From Actinomycetes bacterium (GTDB lineage Bacteria > Actinomycetota > Actinomycetes > JAHEKZ01): a stretch of DNA of 59,063 bases. Each line of letters starts with the position of its first letter. Position 1 is the first letter of the stretch. Both the position numbers and the translations under genes were made by a program. Positions 9,500-18,744 of this stretch are shown one piece after another. The stretch is from positions 1-59,063 of the forward strand of contig JAHELE010000005.1 of the NCBI GenBank assembly GCA_024644345.1, in the 5' to 3' direction. The notes beneath the pieces were generated by a model. That model saw only the letters and a list, made by a program, of their open reading frames with translations, was not told the DNA's origin and ran no database searches.

Positions 9500-10756
9500 G
9501 TGAGCGACCCCCACGAGACCGACGAGGCTTCACCGACTCCGGTCACCATGCTTCTGGAACCACGTGACGGGTTGCCTCCTGTCATCACCACCACCCGCGC
9601 GCTCGTGGACGCCGCCGCTTCGCTCGCCGAGGGGTCGGGACCAGTCGCTGTCGACGCCGAGCGGGCCAGCGGCTACCGGTACGGGCACCGCGCGTACCTG
9701 GTGCAGATCCGCCGGGCTGGGTCAGGGTCGTTCCTGGTCGACCCCATCGCCTGCACCGACCATTCCCCGCTCGCCGAGGCCATCAACGATGCCGAGTGGG
9801 TCCTCCACGCAGCAAGCCAGGATCTTCCCTGCCTCTCCGACATCGGGCTCCGACCACGCACGCTCTTCGACACCGAGCTGGCCGGCCGTCTGCTCGGCCA
9901 TCCCCGCGTGGGTCTGGCAGCCATGACCGAGTCCGTCCTCGGCATCGGTCTTGAAAAGGGACACGCAGCCGTCGACTGGTCTACGCGTCCACTTCCCGAT
10001 GACTGGCTGCGCTACGCCGCGCTCGACGTCGAGGTGCTGGTCGACCTTCGCGATGCGCTCGCCGCCGAGCTGGACGAGTCAGGCAAGGCGGAGTGGGCCC
10101 AGCAGGAGTTCGCCGCCATCCTCGACGCTCCGCCGCCGGCGCCACGCGTCGACCCGTGGCGCCGTACCAGCGGCATGCACCGCGTCCGCAAGCCACGCCA
10201 GCTGGCCGTCATCCGCGAGTTGTGGATGGCACGCGACGCCCTCGCCCAGAGCCGCGACACCGCTCCCGGTCGCATCCTTCCCGACAGCGCCATCGTCTCC
10301 GCCGCCCTTGAGCAGCCGAAGACCCGCGAAGAGCTGATCGCCCTGCCAATCTTCGGCGGCCGGGCGAACCGGCGACAGGCAGACCGTTGGTTTGCCGCCA
10401 TCGATCGAGCCCGCACATGTCCGGATAGCGAGTTGCCGTCACCGACGGTGGTCTCCGATGCTCCCCCGCCGGCACGTTCCTGGCCGGACAAGAACCCCGA
10501 GGCAGCGGCGAGGCTCGCGGTGCTGCGGCCGGCCGTCGCCGCCATCGCCGACGAACACACGCTTCCGACCGAGAACCTGCTGACGCCCGACACGGTCCGC
10601 CGGATCGCGTGGGATCCGCCGGACGACAGCTCCGAGACGGGCATCGCAGCTCGTCTCCAGTCACATGGCGCGCGGGCGTGGCAGGTCAGCCTGACCGCTC
10701 GCCCCATGGCCATGGCCCTTGACCGCGTCGGACGCGCCGCAGAGGTCAGGCCCTAG
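9500..10756 (+). CDS. rnd: Ribonuclease D (3'-5' exonuclease + HRDC)
   Basis: AVDAERASGYRY, WVLHAASQDLPCL, FDTELAGRLLG, DWSTRPLP, YAALDVE and HRDC segment PWRRTSG. Confidence 0.93.
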   Translation: MSDPHETDEASPTPVTMLLEPRDGLPPVITTTRALVDAAASLAEGSGPVAVDAERASGYRYGHRAYLVQIRRAGSGSFLVDPIACTDHSPLAEAINDAEWVLHAASQDLPCLSDIGLRPRTLFDTELAGRLLGHPRVGLAAMTESVLGIGLEKGHAAVDWSTRPLPDDWLRYAALDVEVLVDLRDALAAELDESGKAEWAQQEFAAILDAPPPAPRVDPWRRTSGMHRVRKPRQLAVIRELWMARDALAQSRDTAPGRILPDSAIVSAALEQPKTREELIALPIFGGRANRRQADRWFAAIDRARTCPDSELPSPTVVSDAPPPARSWPDKNPEAAARLAVLRPAVAAIADEHTLPTENLLTPDTVRRIAWDPPDDSSETGIAARLQSHGARAWQVSLTARPMAMALDRVGRAAEVRP

Positions 10757-11112
10757 ACCTCACCGGAAATCTCCTCAGGTGCCCGCATCCGCCAGGCGTC
10801 GGTGACCAGCTCCGTCAGCCGTTCCACGTCGACCTCGTCCAGACGTAGCATCACCAAGGGCCACGCGTCGTATCCCGGGGTGGTGAAGAAGACGTCGGGT
10901 TCCCCCAGCACGAGCGCCTGCTTCTCTGCCTCGTCGCCGACGTAGATCACAGCGATGTCGGTGCGGATCCGCCGCTTCTTGCCGGCCCGGCGTTCAGGGT
11001 AGGACCAGATGAAGCCCTTGTTGGCGACCCGGAAATCAAATCCATCGGAGTCGATCTCGGTCACCTGCGGAAGCTCGAGCGCAAGGCGCCGCACATCATC
11101 AGCGTCTGCCAT
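10753..11112 (-). CDS. MmcQ/YjbR family protein
   Basis: DVRRLALELP, FRVANKGF, FFTTPGYD and ELVTDAWRMRAP. Confidence 0.85.
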   Translation of the reverse strand: MADADDVRRLALELPQVTEIDSDGFDFRVANKGFIWSYPERRAGKKRRIRTDIAVIYVGDEAEKQALVLGEPDVFFTTPGYDAWPLVMLRLDEVDVERLTELVTDAWRMRAPEEISGEV

Positions 11113-11271
11113 GCCGGCCATCCTCCCCGGCAGGGCGTCCGCTTGTCATCCCATGCGGCGGCCGGACCGTCGCTACTCGCCGTAGTCGGATGAGCACTCA
11201 AGAGCCCTGCCCAGACGGCCCTCGGCGTCCTATGCTCCGAAGACCACCGGCCGACCGTTCAGGAGGCACCC

Positions 11272-13251
11272 ATGAGACGCTCGCACTATGTGGCAATGGC
11301 CACGGCCACTGCCATCGTGGCGGCCCTCGGCACCACAGCGGCGACGACGACGCTCGCCAGTGCTGCGCCTTCTGGCTCGAGCAACAACCTTGGAGCAACC
11401 TTCGTCGGAGAGCGGGCACCGCTGAAGACATCCGCACCATCGACGACAACCCTCCGCACGCCCGGCATCGATGACGTGCTCGGCGGCGTCGAACTCAAGA
11501 GCCCCGAGGTCGAGGCGCGGCAGAACTCTCCTCAGGGTGGCTCGTCGGTACTGAACGGCAATGTTCGACCACCGTCTGCAGCATCGGTCCCGGTATCGCA
11601 GAATCAGAGCGGAGTAGTCAAGAGCTTCCAAGGCTTGAACCACTTCGACAGCCGGTACTCAGGCGGCGGGAATGCCTACTCCGGTGAACCGCCGGACCAA
11701 GGAATGTGTGTCGGAGGCGGCTACGTCTTCGAGATCGTGAACTCCGTCGTGCAGGTGTACACCACGTCCGGTACTCCCCTGATCGAGGGAGACAAGGCCT
11801 TCGCTGACAGCCCACCGGTCGGGCTGACGCTCAACGAGTTCTTCGACCTGGCGCCGTCGTTCGAGCGCCCCGCTGGTCCGTTCGGCCCGTACATGTTCGA
11901 CACATCATGCCTGTACGACCCGTCAACGCAGCGCTGGTTCGCCACGGCGGCCAACTTGGATCAGGACCCGACGACTGGCGCCTTCACCGGCGAGAACCAG
12001 GTCTGGCTCGCCGTGAGCGCCGGCTCGAACCCGCTCGGCTCGTGGAAGATCTGGTCGATCGACACAGCCAACAACGGCCAGAACGGCACCCCCGACCACG
12101 GCTGCCTGGATGGCTTCTGCTTCGGCGACTACCCGCAGATCGGCATGGACGCCGAAGGCTTCTACATCGTCACCAATGAGTTCGAGTTCTTCGGCAACGG
12201 CTTCAACGGGACGCAGCTCTACGCCCTTTCCAAGGACGACCTCGTTGCCGGGCTGGACGATCCGACGATGCAGATGTTCGAGAACGTGCCCACCGCCACG
12301 TACAACGACGTCGCGTACACCATGCAGCCGGCGAATGCCCTGCCGGATGAGTGGGACTCGTCCGGCAACGGAACGATGTACTTCGGGATGTCAGGGTCCC
12401 CGTACAGCGACAGCTTGGTTCGCTCGGTCGCGCTGTACGGGCTTTCCAACACCAACTCCCTGGCGACCAACACGCCGAACCTGACATTGGAAGAGACCTC
12501 GGTGCCAACCCAGGCATACGCGACGCCGGGATTTGCGCAACAGCAGGCCGGCCCCATGCCGCTGCTGTCCTGCGTCAACGACAGGGCCTGCATCGGCGTC
12601 CACTACCCGAAGATCAAGAACCCGCTCGTCCTGGACGCCGGTAACTCCGGCAAGGTGTACGGCGCCTGGCTCCACGACGGCGACGTCTACCTGACAACCG
12701 GTACACCGCTCAGGGGAAGTGGGGCTGCTTGGTACAACACCAACAACGGCTCGTGGAAGGGCATCAAGCAGCGGACCGGCGTCGCGTGGTTCGTCGTCCG
12801 ACCCGATGCGACCGGATCTGGGCTGGACGCCTCGCTCCAAGGCGACGGCTACCTCGCAGTGCAGGGCGCGAATCTGACGTACCCATCGATCGTTGTCGGC
12901 CCGACGGGTGCCGGGGCAATCGGGGCGACACTCACCGGGCCGAACAACTACCCGAGCGCCGCGGTGGCCCAGTTCGCCCCAGGACAAGCGCCGTCACGCG
13001 TGCAGATCACCGGTCAAGGTGTTGGACCCAACGATGGGTTCACCGCCACCGGTGAAGGCGGCTATGACCCGCGGTGGGGTGACTACCCCGCAGCGACGGT
13101 GACACCCGACGGGACGATGTGGTTCGCCAACGAGTACACCGCATCGAGGTGCACGGTCGCCGAGTTCGATGTCGACACCACCTGCGGCTACAACCGAACC
13201 TTCTACGCGAACTGGAGCACGCACATCACCGCAGTCACCCCGCTGCGGTGA
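11272..13251 (+). CDS. Secreted uncharacterised protein (PPD...RWGDY type, probably all-beta)
   Basis: Signal peptide; GEPPDQGMCVG..VN, FGDYPQIG and PRWGDY motifs; Gly/Asn/Thr-rich with paired Cys. AGGAGG RBS. Confidence 0.8.
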   Translation: MRRSHYVAMATATAIVAALGTTAATTTLASAAPSGSSNNLGATFVGERAPLKTSAPSTTTLRTPGIDDVLGGVELKSPEVEARQNSPQGGSSVLNGNVRPPSAASVPVSQNQSGVVKSFQGLNHFDSRYSGGGNAYSGEPPDQGMCVGGGYVFEIVNSVVQVYTTSGTPLIEGDKAFADSPPVGLTLNEFFDLAPSFERPAGPFGPYMFDTSCLYDPSTQRWFATAANLDQDPTTGAFTGENQVWLAVSAGSNPLGSWKIWSIDTANNGQNGTPDHGCLDGFCFGDYPQIGMDAEGFYIVTNEFEFFGNGFNGTQLYALSKDDLVAGLDDPTMQMFENVPTATYNDVAYTMQPANALPDEWDSSGNGTMYFGMSGSPYSDSLVRSVALYGLSNTNSLATNTPNLTLEETSVPTQAYATPGFAQQQAGPMPLLSCVNDRACIGVHYPKIKNPLVLDAGNSGKVYGAWLHDGDVYLTTGTPLRGSGAAWYNTNNGSWKGIKQRTGVAWFVVRPDATGSGLDASLQGDGYLAVQGANLTYPSIVVGPTGAGAIGATLTGPNNYPSAAVAQFAPGQAPSRVQITGQGVGPNDGFTATGEGGYDPRWGDYPAATVTPDGTMWFANEYTASRCTVAEFDVDTTCGYNRTFYANWSTHITAVTPLR

Positions 13252-13269
13252 GCTCCGGTCGGTTGGGGG

Positions 13270-14067
13270 TCAGCCCTGAAGGAGGAGGGTGTCGAGCCCG
13301 CGGACAAGACCGACCCGACCCGGCGCCGCTCGCACCGCAAGCAGCGTCCCGGCCACATAAGGAGCCGGTGTGCCGCCAGCGTCATGACGGATGACGAGGC
13401 GCTCATCGGCCTGGGCAAACACGACCTCGGTCGACACGACGAAGCTCGGTAGCCGAACCGAATGCACCTGCGTGGCGCCGATCGTTGCCCCCCGCGCCTC
13501 GGGATAGCCGCCGATCTCGGCGACGGAGATGGTCAGCGGGTGGCGCGACACCTCGCCGAGGCGCTCGGCCAGCTCTCTGGCAGTACCGCTAGGAGCATCC
13601 GGCTTGGACGCCGAGGCGTAGTCGATGATCTCGCGCTGCGGCAGGAAGGGAGCCACGAGAAGCGCCGCCGCCTGGGCCATTGCTGCGGTGAGTGAGAAGT
13701 TGCCTGCGGCTACGACACCCACACCAGCGGTCCGCGCGGCCGCATCGATCTCGTCGAAGTCGGACGCCGAGAGCCCGCTCGTACCGATGACCACGTGCAC
13801 GCCGGCAGCTATTGCTGTCAGCGCATGGCCTTTGGCGGCTGCGGCAGATGTGTAGTCGACCAGGACATCGACGTCGTCGAGTGCCACTCCCACATCAGTT
13901 GAGACCACGACGCCTACGGCCGGTCCGCCCCACGCCTCGCCGAGGTCGCGACCGGCGGCCGAGCGAGAGACAGCGCTGCGGAGTACCAGGCCATCGGAGT
14001 CCAGAATCGACTGGGCAATCGCCCTGCCCGTCCATCCGGTGGCCCCAGCTACACAGACACCAGTCAC
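13270..14067 (-). CDS. dapB: 4-hydroxy-tetrahydrodipicolinate reductase-like protein (atypical active site)
   Basis: VAGATGWTG, VDYT, VIGTSG, AGNFS, KPDAPSGTA and HSVRL motifs. The canonical EAHH is replaced by DYAS. Confidence 0.75.
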   Translation of the reverse strand: MTGVCVAGATGWTGRAIAQSILDSDGLVLRSAVSRSAAGRDLGEAWGGPAVGVVVSTDVGVALDDVDVLVDYTSAAAAKGHALTAIAAGVHVVIGTSGLSASDFDEIDAAARTAGVGVVAAGNFSLTAAMAQAAALLVAPFLPQREIIDYASASKPDAPSGTARELAERLGEVSRHPLTISVAEIGGYPEARGATIGATQVHSVRLPSFVVSTEVVFAQADERLVIRHDAGGTPAPYVAGTLLAVRAAPGRVGLVRGLDTLLLQG

Positions 14068-14097
14068 TGGCCGTCTCCTTCAGCGTAGAAGCGTGGG

Positions 14098-14637
14098 CTA
14101 CTCGCCCGTCGCGCCGTCGACGGCCTCGCGGATGAGATCGGCGTGGCCGTTGTGCCTGGCGTACTCCTCGATCATGTGGCAGACGATCCATCGCAGACTC
14201 GGCGGCGGACCATGTGAGCCGTTGTAGTCGGCGAGGCGACCCATCCCGCCATCGGCGAGTGCGGCCGCCACTCGCTCCCTGGCTCGTTCGACCGACGTCC
14301 GCCACATGACCCGAAGTTGCTCAGGAGTGTCATCGGCCGCCGAGTGCCAGTCCCAGTCGCGGTCCGCCTTCCAGTCCACGGTGTCCCACGGTGGCCACTG
14401 CTTCTCTCCGTGCAGAACCCAGCAGAACCACTGATCCTCGACCAGGGCCATGTGCTTGAGCATGCCGCCCAACGTCATCGTCGAAGCGGCGACCGACGTA
14501 TTCAGTCCTGATGCGTCCAGACCGGAGCACTTCCACTCGAAGGTGGCTCGTTGGAAGTCCAGGAACCCGAGCAGGGTCGCGACCTCGTCTGCGGCGATGG
14601 GCGGCTCAGGCCGCCCCTGTTCATCGACGGTGTTCAT
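14098..14637 (-). CDS. DinB/DUF664 family protein
   Basis: TLLGFLDFQR, LGGMLKHMALVEDQWF and SLRWIVCHMIEEYARHNGHADLIRE. Confidence 0.92.
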   Translation of the reverse strand: MNTVDEQGRPEPPIAADEVATLLGFLDFQRATFEWKCSGLDASGLNTSVAASTMTLGGMLKHMALVEDQWFCWVLHGEKQWPPWDTVDWKADRDWDWHSAADDTPEQLRVMWRTSVERARERVAAALADGGMGRLADYNGSHGPPPSLRWIVCHMIEEYARHNGHADLIREAVDGATGE

Positions 14638-14689
14638 GCGACGACACTAGTCATGCCCGATGACGCCGGGGAGATGCGAGAGTGATCCG

Positions 14690-15385
14690 ATGATTCGACG
14701 GGTCGAACAGATCAGGCACGACCTCGCCGATCACGCAGATGCCGACCGCGCCGGGCAGCAGCAGGCCTACATGAAGTCGGCCATACCGTTTCGGGGGGTG
14801 CGACTTCCCGACGTACGGCGGCTGACCAGGTCAGCGCTACGGGACGATCCCGTGCTCTCGCAGGAGGACCTGGTGGCCACCGTCACCGCACTCTGGGACG
14901 ACGCGTCCTATCGCGAGGAGCGCTATGCAGCGCTCGCCGTCCTTCACCTCCCGAAGCACCGTCGCTGGCGTGACCTCACGCTCCTGCCGCTCTACGAGCA
15001 CTGGGTGGTGACCGGCCGCTGGTGGGACCTGGTCGACGACCTCTGCACCCACGCGCTCCGAGAGCTTCTGATCACCCACCCGGTCGAGGTGGCACCGCTG
15101 ATTCGCCGGTGGGCTCACGACGACGACCTGTGGCGACGGCGAGCGGCCCTGGTCTGCCAGGTGGGCGCCAAGGATGCAGCAGACGCCGAGCTGCTCTCGG
15201 ACGTGATCGCGTCAGCGCTCTCACCGCCGGACGAGCTGCGGCACGACTTCTTCGTCCGCAAAGGCATCGGGTGGGCGCTCCGGGACTACGCGCGGACCGA
15301 TCCGGAGTGGGTGCGCGACTTCGTCCAGACACACCGCGAGCAGCTCAGCCCGCTGTCAATCCGCGAAGCAACCAAGCACCTCTGA
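14690..15385 (+). CDS. DNA alkylation repair protein (AlkD-like HEAT repeat)
   Basis: AYMKS..PFRGV, YREERYAA, WWDLVD, LWRRR and FFVRKGIGWALRDY. Confidence 0.9.
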   Translation: MIRRVEQIRHDLADHADADRAGQQQAYMKSAIPFRGVRLPDVRRLTRSALRDDPVLSQEDLVATVTALWDDASYREERYAALAVLHLPKHRRWRDLTLLPLYEHWVVTGRWWDLVDDLCTHALRELLITHPVEVAPLIRRWAHDDDLWRRRAALVCQVGAKDAADAELLSDVIASALSPPDELRHDFFVRKGIGWALRDYARTDPEWVRDFVQTHREQLSPLSIREATKHL

Positions 15386-15442
15386 TCCGCCGGGGCTACT
15401 GGCGAGTAGCATCGAGGGACCGATCCATTCCTGGGAGGTTCT

Positions 15443-16660
15443 GTGGTCCGCTCTGCCCTTGGCAGCCCCCGCGAGGTCGTCTTCGTCGACGGCGTCCGTA
15501 CCCCGTTCGGCAAGGCCGGCAGCCGGTACGCCAACACCCGAGCCGACGACCTGATCGTGAAGGTGATCCGTGAGCTGTTGCGGCGCAACCCGTCGCTGCC
15601 AGCAGACCGGATCGACGAGGTGGCCATCGCCGCCACCACCCAGATCGGCGACCAGGGCCTCACCATCGGACGCAGCGCCGGAATCTTGGCTGGCCTCCCT
15701 CAGTCGGTGCCCGGCTACTCGATCGACCGCATGTGCGCCGGCGCCATGACGGCGGTCACCTCACTCGGGGCCGGCATTGCCGCCGGAGCCATCGACGTCG
15801 GCCTGGCCGGCGGCGTCGAACACATGGGACGCCACCCGATGGGTGAGGGCATCGATCCCAACCCCCGCTTCGTCGCCGAGCGCCTGGTGAACCCCGACGC
15901 CCTGGTCATGGGCAAGACCGCCGAGAACCTGCACGACCGCTTTCCCCACCTCACCCGCGAGCGCGCCGACGCCTTTGCCGCGGCAAGTCAGCAGAAGGTG
16001 GCTGACGCGTACGCCGCCGATGCCATCCAGGCAGACCTCGTACCGGTCGCCGTGTGGGCCGATGAGGGTGGCTGGGACCTGTCCTCGGCCGACGAGCCAC
16101 CGCGTCCGGGCACTACCACTGAGCAGCTGGCCGAGCTGCGGACGCCGTTCCGTCCCGGTGGTCACGTGACGGCGGGAAACGCCGCAGGGCTTAATGACGG
16201 CGCCACCGGCGCATTGGTCACCTCGGCCGCGGTTGCCGACGAGCTCGGCCTGAGCGCGAAGATGCGTCTGGTGGGGTACGCCTTCGCCGGCGTCGACCCA
16301 GCGCTGATGGGCGTCGGACCGATCCCGTCCACCGAACGTGCACTCAGCCGAGCTGGCCTGTCGATCGACGACATCGGCCTGATCGAGATCAACGAGGCGT
16401 TCGCCGTGCAGGTGCTCGCCTTCCTCGACCACTACGGCATCCCCGACGACGACCCCAAGGTGAACCCCTACGGCGGCGCGATCGCCTTCGGCCACCCGCT
16501 CGCGTCGTCCGGGATCCGACTGATGATCCAGCTCGCTCGCCAGTTCAGCGAGCGTCCAGACGTGCAGTACGGCATCACCACGATGTGCGTGGGCCTCGGC
16601 CAAGGCGGCACCGTGATCTGGGAGAACCCCGGCTACACCGGCGAAGGGAGTGCCGCGTGA
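15443..16660 (+). CDS. fadA: Acetyl-CoA C-acyltransferase (thiolase)
   Basis: DGVRTPFGK, IDRMCAG, NEAF, GHP and MCVGLGQG. Confidence 0.93.
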   Translation: MVRSALGSPREVVFVDGVRTPFGKAGSRYANTRADDLIVKVIRELLRRNPSLPADRIDEVAIAATTQIGDQGLTIGRSAGILAGLPQSVPGYSIDRMCAGAMTAVTSLGAGIAAGAIDVGLAGGVEHMGRHPMGEGIDPNPRFVAERLVNPDALVMGKTAENLHDRFPHLTRERADAFAAASQQKVADAYAADAIQADLVPVAVWADEGGWDLSSADEPPRPGTTTEQLAELRTPFRPGGHVTAGNAAGLNDGATGALVTSAAVADELGLSAKMRLVGYAFAGVDPALMGVGPIPSTERALSRAGLSIDDIGLIEINEAFAVQVLAFLDHYGIPDDDPKVNPYGGAIAFGHPLASSGIRLMIQLARQFSERPDVQYGITTMCVGLGQGGTVIWENPGYTGEGSAA

Positions 16661-18744
16661 GCGACTCCTTGCTGCCGGACTTCCCCGATGAGGTCGTCAC
16701 CGAGACCAAGGTGCACTACGTCGCACTGCCAGGGGGCGTCGGCAAGGCGGCGCTGCTCACACTCGACAACGGCCGCGACCACAAGCGCCCGAACACCTTC
16801 GGTCCGGCTGGGCTGGCCTCATTGGAGACCGCGCTCGACAAGGTCGCCGCGCGCGACGACCTCGCGGCCGTCTGCCTGACCGGCAAGCCGTTCATCTTCA
16901 GCGTCGGCGCCGACCTGAGTGTCTTTCGGCAGCTGACCAGTCACGAGCAGGTGCTTGAGATCGGACGCCTTGGCCACCGGGTGTTCGGCAAGCTCGCCAC
17001 GCTTCCGGTGCCGAGCTTCGCCTTCGTCAACGGCGCAGCCATGGGTGGCGGCCTCGAGGTGGCGTTGCACTGCTCCTTCCGCACCGTCTCGTCGGCAGCA
17101 CCGGCGTTGGCACTGCCCGAGGTCTTCCTCGGTCTCATCCCAGGCTGGGGTGGCGCCACCCTGCTGCCACGCATTGCCGGCCCCGACAACGCCGTCACCG
17201 TCATCGTGCAGAACCCGCTGACGTACAACACGATGCTCAAGCCGAAGCAGGCCCTTGCGCTCGGTGTCGCGGACGTGCTGCTCGATGGCGCCGACTTCGT
17301 CGAGCAGTCACTGGCCTGGGCGGCCTCGGTCGTGAGCGGCGCCGTGTCGGTGGAACGCCCCGACGCCACGGACGATGAGTGGACCCGGGCGATGGCCCGC
17401 GCCGCTGGCATCGTGGCTGCCCGCACCAAAGACGTGCCGCCGGCGCCGCAGCGGGCCCTCGATCTGCTCGCCAGGGGGCGAGGGTCGGTTGCCGACGGTT
17501 TCGCCGCCGAGGACCAGGCGCTGGCCGACCTCACGCTCAGCCCTGAGCTGGCGGCCTCGCTGTACGCGTTCGACCTGGTGCAGAAGCGCGCCAAGCGACC
17601 AGTCGGCGTCCCTGAGGTCGAGCCGGCCACGGTGTCTTTCGTCGGACTGGTTGGCGCCGGGCTGATGGCTCGTCAGCTCGCCGTCCTGATCGCCGAGAAG
17701 ATGGGGGTGCCGGTGCACCTGGTCGACATCGACGACGACGCCGTGTCGCGGGCGCGAGCGGCGCTCACCGACGATCTGCAGGGCCGCGTGGCCAAGGGAC
17801 GACTGCGCCGGGATCTGGCCTCACGGCTGCAGGAACAGATCACCATCGGCACCGACCGTTCGGCGCTTGCCGAGGCCGACCTGGTCATTGAAGCGGTCGT
17901 CGAGGACCTCGCCGTCAAACGCCACGTCTTCGCCGACCTCGAAGAGGTCGTTCGGGACGACTGCGTGATCGCGACGAACACATCGTCACTCCCGGTCTCG
18001 TTGATGGCCAAGGGGCTGCGTCACCCAGAGCGCGTCGTCGGGCTGCACTTCTTCAACCCGGTGGCCGTCATGCAGCTGGTCGAGGTGGTCCGCGCGCAGC
18101 AGTCGGACGACCGGTCGATCGCTACCGCGTTCGCTGTCACCAAGCAGCTGAAGAAGTCGGCCGTCCTCGTCGTCGACTCCCCCGGGTTTGTGGTGAACAG
18201 GGTCCTCATCCGGTTGCTCTCGGAGGTCATGAGCGCCGTCGACGAAGGGGCCGACTTCGCCACGGTTGACCGCAGCCTCGACCCGTTGGGCATGCCGATG
18301 TCGCCCTTCGCCCTGCTCGAGCTCGTGGGAACGGGCGTCGCTGCCCATGTCGTTGGCGCCATGCACCAGGCATTCCCCGACCGGTTCGCCTCATCGACCA
18401 CGCTCGACGCACTGGCGTCCGGCGGCTTCAGCACGGTGTACGACGCCGAGCGGGGAGCACCCGCGATCGATCCAGCGGTGGCAACGCTGGTGCCGGCCAG
18501 CGACGCCCCGCCCACCTCGGACGACGTGCGTGACCGCGTACTGCGCGCTCTCGCAGAAGAGATCGGGTTGATGCTCGACGAAGGTGTCGTCAGCTCAGCG
18601 GCCGACATCGACCTCTGCATGGTTCTCGGTGCCGGCTGGCCGTTCTGGCTCGGCGGCATCACGCCGTACCTCGACCGGTGCGGGGTGGCCGTCGCTGTCC
18701 GCGGACACACGTTCCATGACGGCATTCCCGACGCTAGCCGCTGA
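16657..18744 (+). CDS. fadB: Fatty acid oxidation complex alpha subunit (enoyl-CoA hydratase/3-hydroxyacyl-CoA dehydrogenase)
   Basis: GADL, GGGLE, LPE, GAGLMA, IEAVVE, TNTSSL and HFFNP. GTGA overlap with the thiolase stop. Confidence 0.92.
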   Translation: MSDSLLPDFPDEVVTETKVHYVALPGGVGKAALLTLDNGRDHKRPNTFGPAGLASLETALDKVAARDDLAAVCLTGKPFIFSVGADLSVFRQLTSHEQVLEIGRLGHRVFGKLATLPVPSFAFVNGAAMGGGLEVALHCSFRTVSSAAPALALPEVFLGLIPGWGGATLLPRIAGPDNAVTVIVQNPLTYNTMLKPKQALALGVADVLLDGADFVEQSLAWAASVVSGAVSVERPDATDDEWTRAMARAAGIVAARTKDVPPAPQRALDLLARGRGSVADGFAAEDQALADLTLSPELAASLYAFDLVQKRAKRPVGVPEVEPATVSFVGLVGAGLMARQLAVLIAEKMGVPVHLVDIDDDAVSRARAALTDDLQGRVAKGRLRRDLASRLQEQITIGTDRSALAEADLVIEAVVEDLAVKRHVFADLEEVVRDDCVIATNTSSLPVSLMAKGLRHPERVVGLHFFNPVAVMQLVEVVRAQQSDDRSIATAFAVTKQLKKSAVLVVDSPGFVVNRVLIRLLSEVMSAVDEGADFATVDRSLDPLGMPMSPFALLELVGTGVAAHVVGAMHQAFPDRFASSTTLDALASGGFSTVYDAERGAPAIDPAVATLVPASDAPPTSDDVRDRVLRALAEEIGLMLDEGVVSSAADIDLCMVLGAGWPFWLGGITPYLDRCGVAVAVRGHTFHDGIPDASR

